Shown here one piece after another: positions 62,201 to 64,000 of a stretch of 64,000 nucleotides of DNA. A program made the translations under genes and the position numbers. Position 1 is the stretch's first letter. Every line of letters starts with the position of its first letter. The notes under the pieces were generated by a model. That model was not told the origin of the DNA and did not search any database. It saw only the letters and a program-made list of their open reading frames with translations. The DNA comes from Dimorphilus gyrociliatus (taxonomy: Eukaryota; Animalia; Annelida): NCBI GenBank assembly GCA_904063045.1, contig CAJFCJ010000028.1:248001-312000 (forward strand), in the 5' to 3' direction.

Positions 62201-62808
62201 TTTTTTCAGTAAATTAGACCTAGTTTTACGGTAATAAATAACGTTTATTTATTGCAGTAACGCACCGCATCAATCTACAGCTTCTAACAATTCAAATACG
62301 AATTGGCGCCAAAAGATATCAGTACAAGATAAGGGAAAAGGGAGCGGAGCTCTCCAACCAAGGAACCGTTAAGGCCTATTTCTTTTCTTCTTTTCATTAT
62401 CAGTTTGATGAGATGAAAGAAATAATTAAGACAGGCTAGCGCAAAGTACATCTCATCAAAACTTTCGATTAAAAATACTATACGTAGAGAGAGAGAGAAC
62501 TAAAAAAGGATAGAGAAGAAAAGTGAAAGAAACAGCAATACAAATAAATAAAGGATTAAAGAAACTATACAAGAGTGGAAAGAATATATATATATATATA
62601 AATTTATGAATTTTCACATTATTGATTATCATACATAATAAATATAAATATAATTTATTATGCAATAAACTCAGTCAATTGTTAAATACATTTCTCTTTT
62701 TTTAACACTAATATATATATATATACAAGACATACTATATACATCTATTAATTTATCTCTTATCTTACCCCTTCTCTCCGCTTTTCCCCCTCTTGTTCAC
62801 TATCTGCC

Positions 62809-62809
<1 letters not shown>

Positions 62810-62844
<35 letters not shown>
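62810..62844. repeat. (CT)n microsatellite
   Basis: Direct reading of the sequence. Confidence 0.95.
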
Positions 62845-62847
<3 letters not shown>

Positions 62848-64000
62848 AACTTACGTCTTTCTTCCCCTATTTCTCTTTCTCTCTTACACATACTTTCAAC
62901 TCCTACTTCTCCTCCCTCTTTTTTTCCCTTAGTATACAGATTACCCTTCATCGTACGTTAGCTTATATTGTTAATTGTACGAAAATCTTGACAAATTATA
63001 GTTTATATTGATCGATTAAGTGGAAAAAAATGTAGAAGAAATTGAAAAATAATTAGGGAAAGTGGTAGTTTTGGACGACTAGGCCTATGAACTAAGCGAA
63101 TTAGAGCGGGCTTGCAAGGAATAAACAAATTGTAACAAATTAACGAGATAACAAATATATACAAAACCTGGGAAAAGGGCAAATCGAGGAATATACAGGC
63201 TTTATAAAATCTATTGAAAACCAACCGAAAAAACGTTCTATTTGTAATAAGTTGTCAGTCTTATGTAAATATTACAGCGAATGAGAAAAAGAAAATATTA
63301 AGCTAAAAAAAAAAAGAATGAGAGTTTTCCCATTTTGCAGTAGCTTTTCAAATTTATTTTCCTTTTAAAACTTTTAATTAAGTTTCCTACGACAAAAAAG
63401 CAAAAAATAAAACTATGTTCAAAATACGAACCTTTCGCAAAGGATGTCGGAGAAAAACTGCAAAGTAATGCTATCCCAACGACGACCGTCGCGCTACTGC
63501 AAAAAAACGATAGACTGGATATTTCTACTGCAATAGACAGCAATAGCGCCTCACTGCCCGAGAAAAAATGTTGAAAGCTTAATTAGGTTAGATTAGTAGG
63601 ACTGAGGAGGGTCTTATGAATATTAAATAGATCTAAAATTCGAATCATGTCTTTCGGACTGTTTGTTGGCGGTTAAATCGTGTTCGATCCCAGTCACGTG
63701 ATACGACTACAATTGATTAATAGGGGACGTCACTCTCAGGAGACGTTTAGCGAGCGTCAACGTTCACGAGTGAGAATTCGACTAGATACTGATAGACGAA
63801 ATATATCAAGCTTACGACTTGTGACCTTTCAATTGATGTAGTAGTAAATTTGATAAAACCGTTTTGTACTGTATGGATAATATACCATTCATAAATCTTA
63901 AAGCATAGAAAGTATCAAGATATATATATATATATAAATTTATATATATATATATAGGATTGTTAGTTGAAGATCCTTTCCATTCAGAAGACAAGAATAA

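Noticed and set aside
61636-63011. ORFs of 60-122 aa rich in L/S/F or E/R
   Set aside because: Products of (CT)n/(AG)n and pyrimidine tracts with no domain signal.

Overview
AT-rich, gene-dense animal (metazoan) genomic DNA with mostly ~55-70 nt spliceosomal introns. The gene complement and compactness suggest a lophotrochozoan, possibly a miniaturised annelid genome such as Dimorphilus; this is inference only. I can support about 18 protein-coding genes. In order: myosin V (5' part), RPS13, INTS14, perilipin, HINT3, a neuronal calcium sensor, a TSP1-repeat membrane protein, OSGEP, a mitochondrial CPS1/CPS III-type carbamoyl-phosphate synthetase, RPS28, RPRD2, BORCS7 (absent from the ORF track), PTAR1, PHTF, a small TNFR-like membrane protein, BPTF/NURF301, a 5-CTLD lectin receptor and a Largen/INSYN1-like protein. 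There is also a PEPCK pseudogene and a decayed duplicate lectin exon. The best non-coding finding is an H/ACA snoRNA in a 3'UTR intron of RPS28, whose 5' pocket matches the LSU rRNA site modified by SNORA10/snR37. I see no tRNA, rRNA, CRISPR array or recognisable transposase/RT. All family assignments come from remembered reference sequences, not from a database search. I found no wholly new multi-gene system. The leads are the RPS28 snoRNA host architecture, the CPS III, the perilipin alternative C-termini, and the invertebrate TNFR-like and Largen/INSYN1-like genes.
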